Assembly (NCBI GenBank): GCA_031411295.1
Contig: JANOAV010000189.1
Coordinates: 32,001 to 96,000 of the forward strand
Reading direction: 5' to 3'
Origin: Verrucomicrobiales bacterium
Lineage (GTDB): Bacteria > Verrucomicrobiota > Verrucomicrobiia > Verrucomicrobiales > V1-33
DNA length: 64,000 nt
The notes below the pieces were generated by a model that was not told where the DNA came from, did no database searches, and worked only from the letters and a program-made list of their open reading frames with translations. The translations under genes were made by a program, and so were the position numbers. This document shows, in pieces, positions 1-10,144 of this stretch. The number at the start of each line of letters is the position of its first letter. Position 1 is the first letter of the stretch.

Positions 1-2
1 AT

Positions 3-2039
3 GGATCGCCCGAAAACTATGCGAAGTATGTGGAAGGATATCTGGATAAACAACCGCTGAGCCTGCACGACATGTTCGAGTTAGTGCCGAATCCACGCGG
101 CCCGGTGCCTTTGGATGAAGTGGAGCCCATCGAGGACATCCGGCGGCGTTTCACCACAGCAGGCATGAGCCTGGGCGCCATCAGCCCGGAAGCGCATGAA
201 GCGCTGGCCATCGCGATGAACATCATTGGCGGGAAATCCAACTCTGGTGAGGGTGGCGAGGATCCGCGTCGCTTCAGCCACGAGCGCGGCGTGCCTTATG
301 CAAACAGCAAGATCAAGCAAGTGGCCTCTGGGCGCTTTGGCGTTACAGCGGAGTATCTGGCCAGCGCAGAGGAAATTGAAATCAAGATGGCACAGGGAGC
401 CAAGCCGGGTGAAGGCGGCCAGCTGCCGGGCCACAAAGTGAACGGCATCATCGCGAAACTTCGTCGCACCCAGCCGGGCGTCACGTTGATCTCGCCACCG
501 CCGCACCATGACATCTACAGCATCGAAGATCTGGCGCAGTTGATCCACGACCTCAAGGAGGTGAATCCCCGGGCGCGCATCTGCGTCAAGCTGGTGGCTG
601 AAACCGGCGTGGGCACGGTGGCGGCTGGCGTGGCCAAGGCCAATGCGGATATCATTTTAGTCAGTGGCCATGAAGGCGGCACGGGAGCTAGTCCGCTGAG
701 TTCCATTCGCCATGCGGGCCTGCCATGGGAAATCGGCCTGGCAGAAACGCAGCAAGTCCTAACCATGAATGGATTGCGGAATCGGGTTACGCTGCGCACC
801 GATGGCGGCATGAGAAACGGGCTGGATATTATTCACGCAGCCATCCTGGGCGCAGAGGAATTTAACTTCGGAACCATCGCGCTCATCGCGTTAGGATGCG
901 TCTTCGTGCGGCAGTGCCATCTCAATACTTGCCCCGTGGGCGTGGCCACGCAGGACGAACGCCTGCGCGCCAAGTTCAAGGGCAAGCCGGAATACATCAT
1001 CAATTTCTTCAACTCCGTGGCGGACGAAATCCGCCATCACATGGCCGCGTTAGGCGTGCGCACGTTGAACGAACTCATTGGTCGCACCGAGTTTATCAAA
1101 CAACGCGTGGTGCCGAACCATCCGAAGGCGAACAAGCTCGATTTCAAGAAACTCTTGCGCAACATGCCGAAGGAACTCGGAGCCGATGTGCCACGCGTTT
1201 GGAATGGGGAAAAGAATATCGGGGTGCATGAGCGGTCGCTGGATGAACGCATCATTCAGGACTGTAAAGATGCCATCAAGAAATTGGTGCCCATTTCCCT
1301 GAACTACAAAGTTAAGAACACCAATCGCAACATCGGCACGCAGTTGGCAGGGCTCATCGCTTACACTTACGACGACAACGGCCTGCCGCCGGAAACGATC
1401 ATCCTGAACCTCGAAGGCAGCGCTGGACAAAGCTTCGGCACCTTCCTCTGCGGCGGCATCAAACTGATCCTAACAGGTGAAGCCAACGACTACGTGGGCA
1501 AGAGCATGTGCGGCGGAGAAATCGTGATCAAACCGCGAGCCAGCATCAAATACGACGCCAGCAAGAACGTGATTCTGGGCAATACCGTCCTCTACGGAGC
1601 CAGCGGCGGAGCGCTCTACGCCAACGGTCTGGCAGGCGAGCGCTTCTGCGTCCGCAACTCCGGAGCCACCGCGGTGGTCGAAGGCGTGGGCGATCATGGC
1701 TGCGAATATATGACCAACGGCACGGTGGTTATTTTGGGAGAAACCGGCAAGAACTTTGGAGCCGGCATGAGCGGAGGCGTGGCTTACATTTTCAACGAAA
1801 CAGGAAATTTCGCGAAGCTCTACAACAGTGAAATGATCGAGATCGTGGAACTGGACAGCGAGGACGAAGCAACGCTGAAAGGCTTAGTGGAAACCCACGT
1901 AGCCAACACCGGCAGCAAAAAGGCCGCAGGCATGTTAGCGGACTGGAGTGCGGCCCTGGCCACATTTATCCGCGTCCAACCGATCAAACCGAAGCCAGCT
2001 CCTGTGGTGGAACCAGCGTTGGTTGAGGCTGGGAAGTAA
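3..2039 (+). CDS. gltB: Glutamate synthase large subunit, 5'-truncated by the window edge
   Basis: Motifs SNSGEGGED, IKQVASGRFGV, KMAQGAKPGEGGQLPG, SPPPHHDIYSIEDL, the 3Fe-4S segment CVFVRQCHLNTCPVG and the GXGXG C-terminal domain. The frame is open to the window start. Confidence 0.97.
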   Translation, partial: GSPENYAKYVEGYLDKQPLSLHDMFELVPNPRGPVPLDEVEPIEDIRRRFTTAGMSLGAISPEAHEALAIAMNIIGGKSNSGEGGEDPRRFSHERGVPYANSKIKQVASGRFGVTAEYLASAEEIEIKMAQGAKPGEGGQLPGHKVNGIIAKLRRTQPGVTLISPPPHHDIYSIEDLAQLIHDLKEVNPRARICVKLVAETGVGTVAAGVAKANADIILVSGHEGGTGASPLSSIRHAGLPWEIGLAETQQVLTMNGLRNRVTLRTDGGMRNGLDIIHAAILGAEEFNFGTIALIALGCVFVRQCHLNTCPVGVATQDERLRAKFKGKPEYIINFFNSVADEIRHHMAALGVRTLNELIGRTEFIKQRVVPNHPKANKLDFKKLLRNMPKELGADVPRVWNGEKNIGVHERSLDERIIQDCKDAIKKLVPISLNYKVKNTNRNIGTQLAGLIAYTYDDNGLPPETIILNLEGSAGQSFGTFLCGGIKLILTGEANDYVGKSMCGGEIVIKPRASIKYDASKNVILGNTVLYGASGGALYANGLAGERFCVRNSGATAVVEGVGDHGCEYMTNGTVVILGETGKNFGAGMSGGVAYIFNETGNFAKLYNSEMIEIVELDSEDEATLKGLVETHVANTGSKKAAGMLADWSAALATFIRVQPIKPKPAPVVEPALVEAGK

Positions 2040-2137
2040 GGACGCAACTGCGTTGCGGTCGGGGTGCGGTGGTCCCCAAGGCAGTCCCTTCCGGGCAAGC
2101 TTGGGCTGGAGGTCGAAACACCTTTGGCCTTGCAGCT

Positions 2138-2752
2138 TTACTTTCCTCTCCGCCGGATCATTCTCCACCGCAGTGCCACATAACCAAGGGTAATCGCGCC
2201 CCAGATCCAAAGGGGGTATGGGCGTGAACCTTCTCCAGCTTGCGGAATAGGAATCGGAGCGGTGCTGTCTCCGGCTATCATCATTAGTTTTTGGGCAGGG
2301 GCGGCGGCGGCGGGATCGGTCCAGAAGATAACGTCGTGGGGATTTCCTTTGGGAATGTTTAGGGTGACGCTAGGGGCGGTGATGGGTTCGAAGGTGGTGC
2401 CAGTGACGAGTTGATGCGGTGGCGCGGCGGGATCTACTGGCGGCTGGAAAGGGCACGTGGGATCCACCTCAGCACTGGGCTGGAAAGTGAAGCCGGCGGA
2501 CTGACCTATCGCTTGGCTGCCTGCTGGCGTTTGGAGTTGCAGCAGGTTTGCGATGATTTCCCGGGCTTGGGCCGCGTTCTCGATCAATGGATTGTTCGAG
2601 AAATCGGCAGAAATATCTAGCCGCAATTGTCCTGCCGCAGGCGTAGCTTTCACGAGCAGGAAATTCAGCCCGTGACTGTGGGCCTGCGGAAGCAGCACAC
2701 CACCAACCGCCAAGATGAGGATCGGTAAGCGCAACCTTACTTTTTGTTCCAC
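2138..2752 (-). CDS. Hypothetical exported/membrane-anchored protein
   Basis: Signal-like N-terminus followed by AHSHG; C-terminal TM helix and basic tail. Abuts the upstream NHL gene; the true start may be TTG at 2734. Confidence 0.6.
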   Translation of the reverse strand: MEQKVRLRLPILILAVGGVLLPQAHSHGLNFLLVKATPAAGQLRLDISADFSNNPLIENAAQAREIIANLLQLQTPAGSQAIGQSAGFTFQPSAEVDPTCPFQPPVDPAAPPHQLVTGTTFEPITAPSVTLNIPKGNPHDVIFWTDPAAAAPAQKLMMIAGDSTAPIPIPQAGEGSRPYPLWIWGAITLGYVALRWRMIRRRGK

Positions 2753-3693
2753 CGGAGGACGCGTCCGAAGTTATTCCATTCGGTTTCCATGATGTTGCCC
2801 TTGGCATCGAAGGTGATGCCGTGCGGGGAAGTGACCACGCCTTCACGCCAGTCTGGTGGCTTCACGCCGGGGGTGTTGGTCTGGCCGGGGGTATCATTTA
2901 CGCCGAGGCTGGCGACTTGCTTGCCTGCTTTATCCCAGACGCTAACACGACCTGCGATTTCTGCCACGCAGACTAGATCGCCATTGAAACTAGCCGAACT
3001 CGGACGACGCAGATCCTTATCCACGATCACGCCCAAGATATCGCCATCCAACGAAAGATGCAGCATGCGGTTGTTGCCACGATCACACAGGAGCAGGCGC
3101 TGAGGCTGGAAGCGTGGGTCGACGAAAATCTTATGACAGTTGGAAAGCTTGTAGGGATCCACGCGGCCACCGAAGGTTTTCTTGAGTTTGCCCGCCTTGT
3201 CGAATTGGAAAATCCAGTCCGCTCCGTAGCCATCGACGATGTAAATGTCGCCCGTGTCGGCCACGGCTACATTAGTCAGCTTGAGCTTGTCCTTCTTATC
3301 ATCGCCAAAAGCGTCCTTTTCGATGGTCATGACCACCGTGCCATCCAGCTTCATTTTCAGCAACTTAGCCTGGCTGAGCACGGTGGCGTAAATGAATTCA
3401 CCTTCGGCATCCTTATGAATTGTGAAGCCATGAAGCGTGCCCGGAGTGCCGGCCACGTAGTTCTTGAACTTACCATCCGGTCCATAGACTTGGAGGCCGC
3501 CTTCTTTCTTGCCGTCAACACTCACATAAATATTACCCGCGGAGTCCACGGCAATTTCTCCGTGGCCACTGCCAATGGTTTCGGTTCCCGGAGGAGGTGT
3601 TAGCCAGTTCGGGGCGAAGTCATAAGCGACCTGAGCCGAAGCAGACAGGGTGGTGAGGGCAGCGGTTAAGAGAGCAAAGAAAGGTTTAGTCAT
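2737..3693 (-). CDS. NHL-repeat beta-propeller protein (peptidylglycine lyase-like), secreted
   Basis: Signal peptide; NHL-type repeats (EIAVDSAGNIYV, NVAVADTGDIYIVDGYG, PHGITFDAKGNI). Confidence 0.8.
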   Translation of the reverse strand: MTKPFFALLTAALTTLSASAQVAYDFAPNWLTPPPGTETIGSGHGEIAVDSAGNIYVSVDGKKEGGLQVYGPDGKFKNYVAGTPGTLHGFTIHKDAEGEFIYATVLSQAKLLKMKLDGTVVMTIEKDAFGDDKKDKLKLTNVAVADTGDIYIVDGYGADWIFQFDKAGKLKKTFGGRVDPYKLSNCHKIFVDPRFQPQRLLLCDRGNNRMLHLSLDGDILGVIVDKDLRRPSSASFNGDLVCVAEIAGRVSVWDKAGKQVASLGVNDTPGQTNTPGVKPPDWREGVVTSPHGITFDAKGNIMETEWNNFGRVLRWNKK

Positions 3694-3855
3694 AAGGTCG
3701 CATTTAGTGGTTCATGCCCATCTTGCAAAGCAGAAAATTTCTCGGAAACGCGGGTAGATATGGAAGCACCGGGCACTACAACGCGGAAAATTCCTCAAGT
3801 TGCGTTTCCGCTGCCCGGGGCGATAGTGTAACTTGTCCGCTGCTTCCTCGACCCT

Positions 3856-4941
3856 ATGAAATCGGATCCCTCTTCACCCGACCAACCACTATCAGCCTCC
3901 CGCGCCAAGCGAGGGGTGGCGAGTGGATTGCTGTTACTGGCAGCTTCCGGCGGGCTGTTTTATTCCGTGATGAACACGGCTGTGCCCGAGACTAGTCCGG
4001 TTCCAGCCGACACTTCCGTGGCGGAGAGAGCGGCCCTGGAAGCCCAATTGGCCAACTTCTTTGACGTGGAGGCTCGGCCGCTCCTCGCGAAAACGCGCGG
4101 CAAAGATTTGGCCGCCATTGCCCAGGTTCTGAACAGTCTGGATGCTGCGTTTGTGCGATATGCGGAGGGAGCACCTAATTTTGCCAAAGATCTCACGGGC
4201 TGGGGCACGCGATTCAAAATCATGTATCGCAAAGGCGTCGAAACCGTTCAGCGCAAGGACGAGCACACGTGGACCCAACAATTAGTGCAGGAGAAATTCG
4301 CCACCCACGTGATGTCGGATACGAGCTTGGAGCAGGATTTACTGGCGATCATGAAGCAGTTCAATTTCGATCTGGAAGCGAATCGCAATGAAATGCTAGC
4401 CGGAGTGCAGGCGAAACTGGTGGCCTCCAATCTCCCGGTGAGCACGAAACAGTTGGCGTTAAAAGATTTCCAAACCCAGTTCAGCTTGAACGTGAAGGCA
4501 CTGCTAGCACAAATGCCCCAGCAAAGCGTCGGGGTAGGTGTGGGCAGCATCACAGCCGGGATTGTGGCCGAGGAAGCGGTGCGACAGATCGTGCGCACCA
4601 TCATTGCCGAAGTAGCCGCCCGTATCGCAGCATCGGCTGCGGCCGCCGGAGGAGCGGCCGGCGGAGCCGCCACGGCCGGAGCCACGGGAGGCACCGCGAT
4701 TGCTCCCGGCGTGGGCACAGTGATTGGATTAGCCGGAGGATTTATCGTGGGAGCGCTGGTGGATTGGTGGATGACCGACGAGTTTGAAGAGAAAATCACC
4801 CAGCAATGCCACGGATTTTTGGATACCACCAAACAGAGCCTGTTGGATGGCGACGGTGGACTAAAAAAAGTCCTCTCGCTGCAAGTCGAACAAGCCGCCA
4901 CCGCCTACGAACAAGCCCTGCAAGCCGCCGTTAAACCGTGA
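3856..4941 (+). CDS. Hypothetical membrane protein with glycine-zipper hairpin
   Basis: N-terminal TM, helical body, GGTAIAPGVGTVIGLAGGFIVG glycine zipper. Confidence 0.7.
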   Translation: MKSDPSSPDQPLSASRAKRGVASGLLLLAASGGLFYSVMNTAVPETSPVPADTSVAERAALEAQLANFFDVEARPLLAKTRGKDLAAIAQVLNSLDAAFVRYAEGAPNFAKDLTGWGTRFKIMYRKGVETVQRKDEHTWTQQLVQEKFATHVMSDTSLEQDLLAIMKQFNFDLEANRNEMLAGVQAKLVASNLPVSTKQLALKDFQTQFSLNVKALLAQMPQQSVGVGVGSITAGIVAEEAVRQIVRTIIAEVAARIAASAAAAGGAAGGAATAGATGGTAIAPGVGTVIGLAGGFIVGALVDWWMTDEFEEKITQQCHGFLDTTKQSLLDGDGGLKKVLSLQVEQAATAYEQALQAAVKP

Positions 4942-5813
4942 AAACAACCATCAACAAACTCTGTGCCATGAACCATAAGCCCTTGATCCTGTCTTGTTTA
5001 CTCTTTGTTGTGCTCCAGCCTGCATCCAGCCAGGCTCAGGTGGGCACCGCAGCCCGTGCCGCCGTGGAAGTCGTGGAGCAACTAGCCAAACGCGGTGGGG
5101 CCACCGCAACCCGGGAACTAGCAGAACTGGGAGGCGAAGTGGCGGTGCGTGAAGTGCTCGAACAAGCCGAGCGTGAGGGCGGAGAACAACTCGTCAAAGC
5201 ACTTTCGGAGCAGGCCGGTAAATATGGCATCATCGCTGTGCAAGCGGCCAAAGGATCGCCCAAAGTCGTCGTCGAAGCCGTGGCGAAGCTGCCGCAGGAA
5301 CTAGCAGAGCAAGGCTTGCGCGCCATCTCCCACGAGCCCGCAGCCATGCAGAAATTGATTTCGGAAACCGGTCAGGAAGCGCTGGAAGCCGCCGCCCGAC
5401 ATCCCGGGGTGGGCTCACAGATTGCCAAGACGCTGGGCAAAGAAGGCGCTGAAACTGCGGCCAAGTTAGGGGATGATGCCGCCTTGGCACTGGCACGCAA
5501 TGCCGATGCCATTGCCGCCCTCCCGGTGGCGGAGCGCTCCAGCCTGCTGGCCGCCATGCGCAATGGCTCTGCCAAGGTCGTGGCGTTTCTCGAGAAACAC
5601 CCGAAAGCGCTGCTAACCGCAGCGGCGGTAACGGCCTTCATTGCCGGCAAGGAGGAAATTCTCGGCATCAATGGCCAACCGGGCACTTTGGAGCGTTTGA
5701 TCAAGGAACCGGTTCGCCTGACGGGCATGGTGGTGGCGGCTTTAGTTGGATTGTGGGGTCTGCTCAAGCTGAGTTTTGCCTATCGTTCCCTGCGGAAAAA
5801 ATCCTCCATCTAA
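4938..5813 (+). CDS. Hypothetical Ala-rich helical membrane protein
   Basis: Overlaps the previous stop by 4 nt; signal-like N-terminus and two C-terminal hydrophobic segments. Confidence 0.7.
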   Translation: MKTTINKLCAMNHKPLILSCLLFVVLQPASSQAQVGTAARAAVEVVEQLAKRGGATATRELAELGGEVAVREVLEQAEREGGEQLVKALSEQAGKYGIIAVQAAKGSPKVVVEAVAKLPQELAEQGLRAISHEPAAMQKLISETGQEALEAAARHPGVGSQIAKTLGKEGAETAAKLGDDAALALARNADAIAALPVAERSSLLAAMRNGSAKVVAFLEKHPKALLTAAAVTAFIAGKEEILGINGQPGTLERLIKEPVRLTGMVVAALVGLWGLLKLSFAYRSLRKKSSI

Positions 5814-5815
5814 CC

Positions 5816-6583
5816 ATGAAGTTACGACTCTGGGCGGCACTCTTAGGCTGGGGCACCACCAGCCTCCACGCAGATCCTCCAGAAGGCCCAAAGTGGACGC
5901 CGATTCCTGAATTCACCGATGAATTCGATGCCAAAGAGTTAGATTTAAAAAAATGGCAACGGGGCAATCCCACTTGGAGGGGCCGTGAACCAGGATTGTT
6001 CATGGATCACAATGTCACCCTTCAAAACGGCAAGTTGCTGCTAAAAATGCAGGCCGAAACATTGGTGAACCCACCTCCAGGCTACCACGATTTCTCCTGC
6101 GCCAGTGTAACCAGTCGCAACCGCATCCGCTACGGTTATTTTGAAATGAAGGCCAAGATCATGGCCAGCAAAGGAGCCAGCGCGTTTTGGTTCTTCAACA
6201 ACACGCCCGAATTATGGACCGAAATCGACGTCTTTGAGATGTGTGCTGGCGGCTCCAAGGAATCTGGCAAGATCCACACGAACGTTCACGTCATGCATGG
6301 TCCAGGGATATCGCAAGAGCTTGCCCTGCCCGAATCATTCCTCATGCCGGACGATCCATCACAAAATTTTCACGTCTATGGCTTGGAATGGGATCTGTCC
6401 TTCATCCGCTGGTATGTGGACGGAAAGTTGGTGCGTAAGCAGGAGAACACCCACTGGCGACAAACCCTGTATTTGCTCTTCGACACAGAGGTCATGGATC
6501 CGTGGTTTGGCATACCTGACAAGGCCACACTCCCCAGCGTTTACGAAATCGATTACATCCGGGCCTGGCAGAAGCGTGGTTAG
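5816..6583 (+). CDS. Glycoside hydrolase family 16
   Basis: Catalytic EIDVFE motif, plus FTDEFD, YGYFE, FHVYGLEW and YEIDYIRAWQ; signal peptide from ATG 5816. Confidence 0.9.
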   Translation: MKLRLWAALLGWGTTSLHADPPEGPKWTPIPEFTDEFDAKELDLKKWQRGNPTWRGREPGLFMDHNVTLQNGKLLLKMQAETLVNPPPGYHDFSCASVTSRNRIRYGYFEMKAKIMASKGASAFWFFNNTPELWTEIDVFEMCAGGSKESGKIHTNVHVMHGPGISQELALPESFLMPDDPSQNFHVYGLEWDLSFIRWYVDGKLVRKQENTHWRQTLYLLFDTEVMDPWFGIPDKATLPSVYEIDYIRAWQKRG

Positions 6584-6593
6584 ATGGGTCTCT

Positions 6594-6836
6594 CTATTCC
6601 CCCCCGTAAATGGTGCGCCACGGACCAGACACTCGAAGCTGATAAAAAAGGCCTCCCAGATAGCGTCCAGTTGCAACAACCGTCCACGCTTGCACCTCGT
6701 CAGGGAACGACCAATTTATAAAAGCCGGGATTTTGCTCTCGGCCACCATGCGAAGCGGTATATTTTCACAAGGCAACTCGTTTAGTCGCGATACGTTTAT
6801 GGTCGACGATTGAATTGAAAGCTGTTTTTCAAACAC
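6594..6836 (-). pseudogene. Possible degraded excisionase-type HTH gene
   Basis: RMVAESKIPAF...DEVQAW, with IGRS in a shifted frame, resembles the HTH_17 excisionase consensus. Confidence 0.3.
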
Positions 6837-6917
6837 TGCTTAGCAGGTCCACTACTTCGTATGTGTCCGCAATCTCGCCTCTGTTCGCTACCGTATGATC
6901 CGGTTCCTTTGTTGGGG

Positions 6918-9650
6918 CTATGCGGCCTTCGGATCTAGTTTGCTCGGCAGCCTAAAGGCCTTGCTGTATTTGATGACTTCCAAAACGACCAGTGGAAGCG
7001 TTGAGACAGCGGTAAGCATGATGCAGTCACTGAAGTCCATGGTGGCACCTCGGAACAAGTTGGCGAGGAAGGCGCTGTGATGGCCTGTGATTTGGATAAT
7101 GAACGAAAAGGCGACCACGAGGAGCAAACGCATGTTGGTGGCGAATCCCATTTGCCAGACAGATTTGGTTTCGCTGCGCACCCCGAACGACCTGAGGAGT
7201 TCTGCGAAAACGAGGGTGGCGAAGGCGTGGGTGCGGGCCAGTTCGACGGTTTCGGTTCGCAAACCATAAATAAATACCGCGAAGGAGACCCCAGCGGTGA
7301 GCACACCGGTGAGGAACATCACGCCGAGGAAGGAGCCGGACGTAATGCGTTCATTGCGGGGGCGCGGGGCGCGCTTCATGACGTCAGGGTCGATGGGATC
7401 GACGGCTAGGCAGAGGGCCGGGAGTCCATCGGTGACTAGGTTGATCCAAAGTAAATGGATGGGCAACAGGGCCATGGGCAGGCCGAAAAGGATGCAGGCC
7501 ATCATGAGTAGGAGTTCGCCGACGTTGCCCGCGAGCAGGTATTGCAGGGTCTTGCGGATGTTGTCGTAAATGCCGCGCCCTTCTTCGACAGCGGCTACGA
7601 TGGTGGCAAAATTGTCGTCGGTGATGATCATGTCCGAGGCTTGCTTCGTCACTTCCGTGCCGCCGCGCCCCATGGCGATGCCGATGTCGGCCCCTTTGAT
7701 GGCGGGCGCGTCGTTCACACCATCGCCAGTCATAGCAACGACTGCATCATTGGCTTTCCAGGCGCGGATGATGCGCAGTTTGTGCGCGGCAGTCACGCGA
7801 GCATAGACCGCAATTTTGGGGGCGCGCTGCTTGAGGTCATCGTCGCTCATTTTTTCTAACTCGGTGCCGGAGACTGCGAGATCGTCGCCAGTCGCGATGC
7901 CGAGTTCATGGGCGATGGCCATTGCCGTTTGCGGATGATCGCCCGTGATCATGACCACGCGAATGCCCGCATCACGGCAGCGGGACACGGCATCCTTCAC
8001 TTCAGGACGGGGCGGATCGACCATGCCGGTGAGACCGACAAAGGTGAGGTCGAGTTCGACTTGATCAGCAGTCAGGGATTCGGGCGGCGTGGGTTGAAGG
8101 TCGCGATAGGCAGCTCCGAGCACGCGCATCGCTTTGCCTGCGAGCGCGGTATTCTCGGCGCTGATGGCGGTGCGGTCGGCATCGGTGATCGGACGCACAC
8201 CGTCGCTACCGAGCACGTGAGTGCAGAGCGCGAGTAGTTTATCGGGCGCGCCGTTGACGAAGGCACGCAGACGTTTGTCCGGCATTAGGCGGACGACCGT
8301 GTGACGCTTACGGTCCGAGTCGAAGGGGATTTCGTGATGACGTGGTTGGTCCTTGTCCGCTCGCTCCTTGTCGCCACCGGCCTTGCCGCCTGCGGAAAGC
8401 AGCGCGCCTTCCGTGGGATCACCGATGACTTTCCACTGATCCCCTTCTTGTTGCAGATGCGAGTTGTTACAGCCGACGAGGACATTGCCCAACTCAAGCA
8501 GCGACGCCGCGTGAGCAGCATCTGGCGTTTGTCCGTTCATCAAGACCTGACCTTCGGGACCGTAGCCTTCACCGGTAATTTCAAACGACTGGCCTGCGAC
8601 ATAGAACGCCCGGGCAGTCATCTCGCCAACGGTGAGCGTGCCGGTCTTGTCGGTGCAGATGACGCTTGTAGAACCCAGTGTCTCCACTGCTGGCAACTTG
8701 CGCACCAGCGCGCGTCGATGCGACATGCGGCGCACGCCGAGTGCGAGCGAGATGGTCACGATGGCGGGCAAGCCCTCGGGGACCGCAGCCACAGCGAGAC
8801 TCACGGAGGTGAGAAACAGCTCGAAGAACTGCATGCCTCGCAGCAAACCCAGCACAAACAGCAGTCCAACGATGCTGAGCGAAATCCACACCAACAGCCG
8901 ACCGAACGCTGCTAGCTTGTGCTGTAACGGTGTGCCCTCACCTGCTTCCTCCAGCGTGGCTTCGCCTAGCAGGCCAGCGATGCGGCCCATCTCCGTTTGC
9001 ATCCCGGTGCCGACGACGACTGCCTTGGCCGCGCCTGACGCTACGCTCGTGCCGGCGAAGATCATGTTCTCGCGATCACCTAGCGGAACATCGGCTTGCT
9101 CAAGCGTAACCACCTTTTTTTCCACAGCCTCCGACTCGCCAGTGAGAGACGACTCAATGCAACGCAACGAGGAGGATTCGAGTAATCGCGCATCGGCAGC
9201 AGCGAGATCACCGTCTTCGATTTCGAGCACGTCCCCCGTCACCACTTCAGCGGCAGGAATCGAAACGACCTGGCCATCGCGCCAGACCTTCGCACTCGGA
9301 GCTGTCATCTTCTTCAGCGCAGCAATGGCTTTCTCGGCATTGAACTCCTGATAAAAGCCGATCGCCGAGTTCAACACCACGATGGCAAGGATGGCAATGC
9401 TATCCAACCATTCACCCAGCAACCCAGCGATGATGCCCGCGACGATCAAGATCCAAACAATGAGACTGCTGAACTGTCCGAGGAACAATCGCCACGGATT
9501 GATGGCTTTGGTTTCCTTCAGCTCATTTGGGCCGTTCGCAGCTAGGCGCTGCGCCGCCTCAGCAGCGGACAAGCCTTTGATGGATGTCTTGAGTTGCTCA
9601 AGCACGCTCTGTGGCGATTGCGTGTGCCATGTTGTGGAGGGTGTGTTCAT
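6918..9650 (-). CDS. Cation-transporting P-type ATPase (type IIA-like, Ca2+/cation)
   Basis: LTGES, AVPEGLP, phosphorylation site DKTGTLT, MITGD and MTGDGVNDAPA motifs; 10-TM layout. Confidence 0.93.
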   Translation of the reverse strand: MNTPSTTWHTQSPQSVLEQLKTSIKGLSAAEAAQRLAANGPNELKETKAINPWRLFLGQFSSLIVWILIVAGIIAGLLGEWLDSIAILAIVVLNSAIGFYQEFNAEKAIAALKKMTAPSAKVWRDGQVVSIPAAEVVTGDVLEIEDGDLAAADARLLESSSLRCIESSLTGESEAVEKKVVTLEQADVPLGDRENMIFAGTSVASGAAKAVVVGTGMQTEMGRIAGLLGEATLEEAGEGTPLQHKLAAFGRLLVWISLSIVGLLFVLGLLRGMQFFELFLTSVSLAVAAVPEGLPAIVTISLALGVRRMSHRRALVRKLPAVETLGSTSVICTDKTGTLTVGEMTARAFYVAGQSFEITGEGYGPEGQVLMNGQTPDAAHAASLLELGNVLVGCNNSHLQQEGDQWKVIGDPTEGALLSAGGKAGGDKERADKDQPRHHEIPFDSDRKRHTVVRLMPDKRLRAFVNGAPDKLLALCTHVLGSDGVRPITDADRTAISAENTALAGKAMRVLGAAYRDLQPTPPESLTADQVELDLTFVGLTGMVDPPRPEVKDAVSRCRDAGIRVVMITGDHPQTAMAIAHELGIATGDDLAVSGTELEKMSDDDLKQRAPKIAVYARVTAAHKLRIIRAWKANDAVVAMTGDGVNDAPAIKGADIGIAMGRGGTEVTKQASDMIITDDNFATIVAAVEEGRGIYDNIRKTLQYLLAGNVGELLLMMACILFGLPMALLPIHLLWINLVTDGLPALCLAVDPIDPDVMKRAPRPRNERITSGSFLGVMFLTGVLTAGVSFAVFIYGLRTETVELARTHAFATLVFAELLRSFGVRSETKSVWQMGFATNMRLLLVVAFSFIIQITGHHSAFLANLFRGATMDFSDCIMLTAVSTLPLVVLEVIKYSKAFRLPSKLDPKAA

Positions 9651-10144
9651 AATGGAAGGTGTGCTGGCAAGTCCAACCGCGCAACGCCGATGCGTTTGTC
9701 GGCCATGCCGTAATAAACATCGAAGCGGCCTGGCAAACCTAGCATGGCGAGTGCGATACGTGGTCCCCGAGATGAAAGCGCGGTGTAAGTCGTCACATAC
9801 CGATCCAGCGGAGCAATGAATGTGATGCGCGGGTCTTCGCTACCGCCACCATCGGGCCGCAGTTCGTAATCAGCCTGTGGCTCCAACGCAATACCGAGTC
9901 GCTCTACACCCACCGGATCACCGACCTCGTTCACGCGCACACGCGCGATGCCAATGCGCGAGTAGTTTCCTTGCGCTACCAATCGCGGAAAGAGATAAAG
10001 CTGTCCGTCGCGACCGCGTGCCGATGCCGGGTTCAACACGCCTTCCACCTCCAATGGATTCCCTAGCTCCGGCTCCATCACCACGCCAATGCGCTGCAAC
10101 CGAATCGGGTGACTCGCGATGTCTTGCTCAGCCTGTGGGCTCAT
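9647..10144 (-). pseudogene. GH130-like glycosidase/phosphorylase with large in-frame internal deletion
   Basis: N-terminal GH130 motifs (GVLNPA, EDPRIT, YTA) run straight into the family's C-terminal DVYYGMADKRIGVA; only 165 aa. Confidence 0.7.

Noticed and set aside
2040..2137. No gltD after gltB
   Set aside because: gltD can lie upstream or elsewhere; this cannot be judged from the window.
6592..6620. TATTCCCCCCGTAAATGGTGCGCCAC resembling an IS3-family end
   Set aside because: No matching second inverted repeat or transposase was found in the window.
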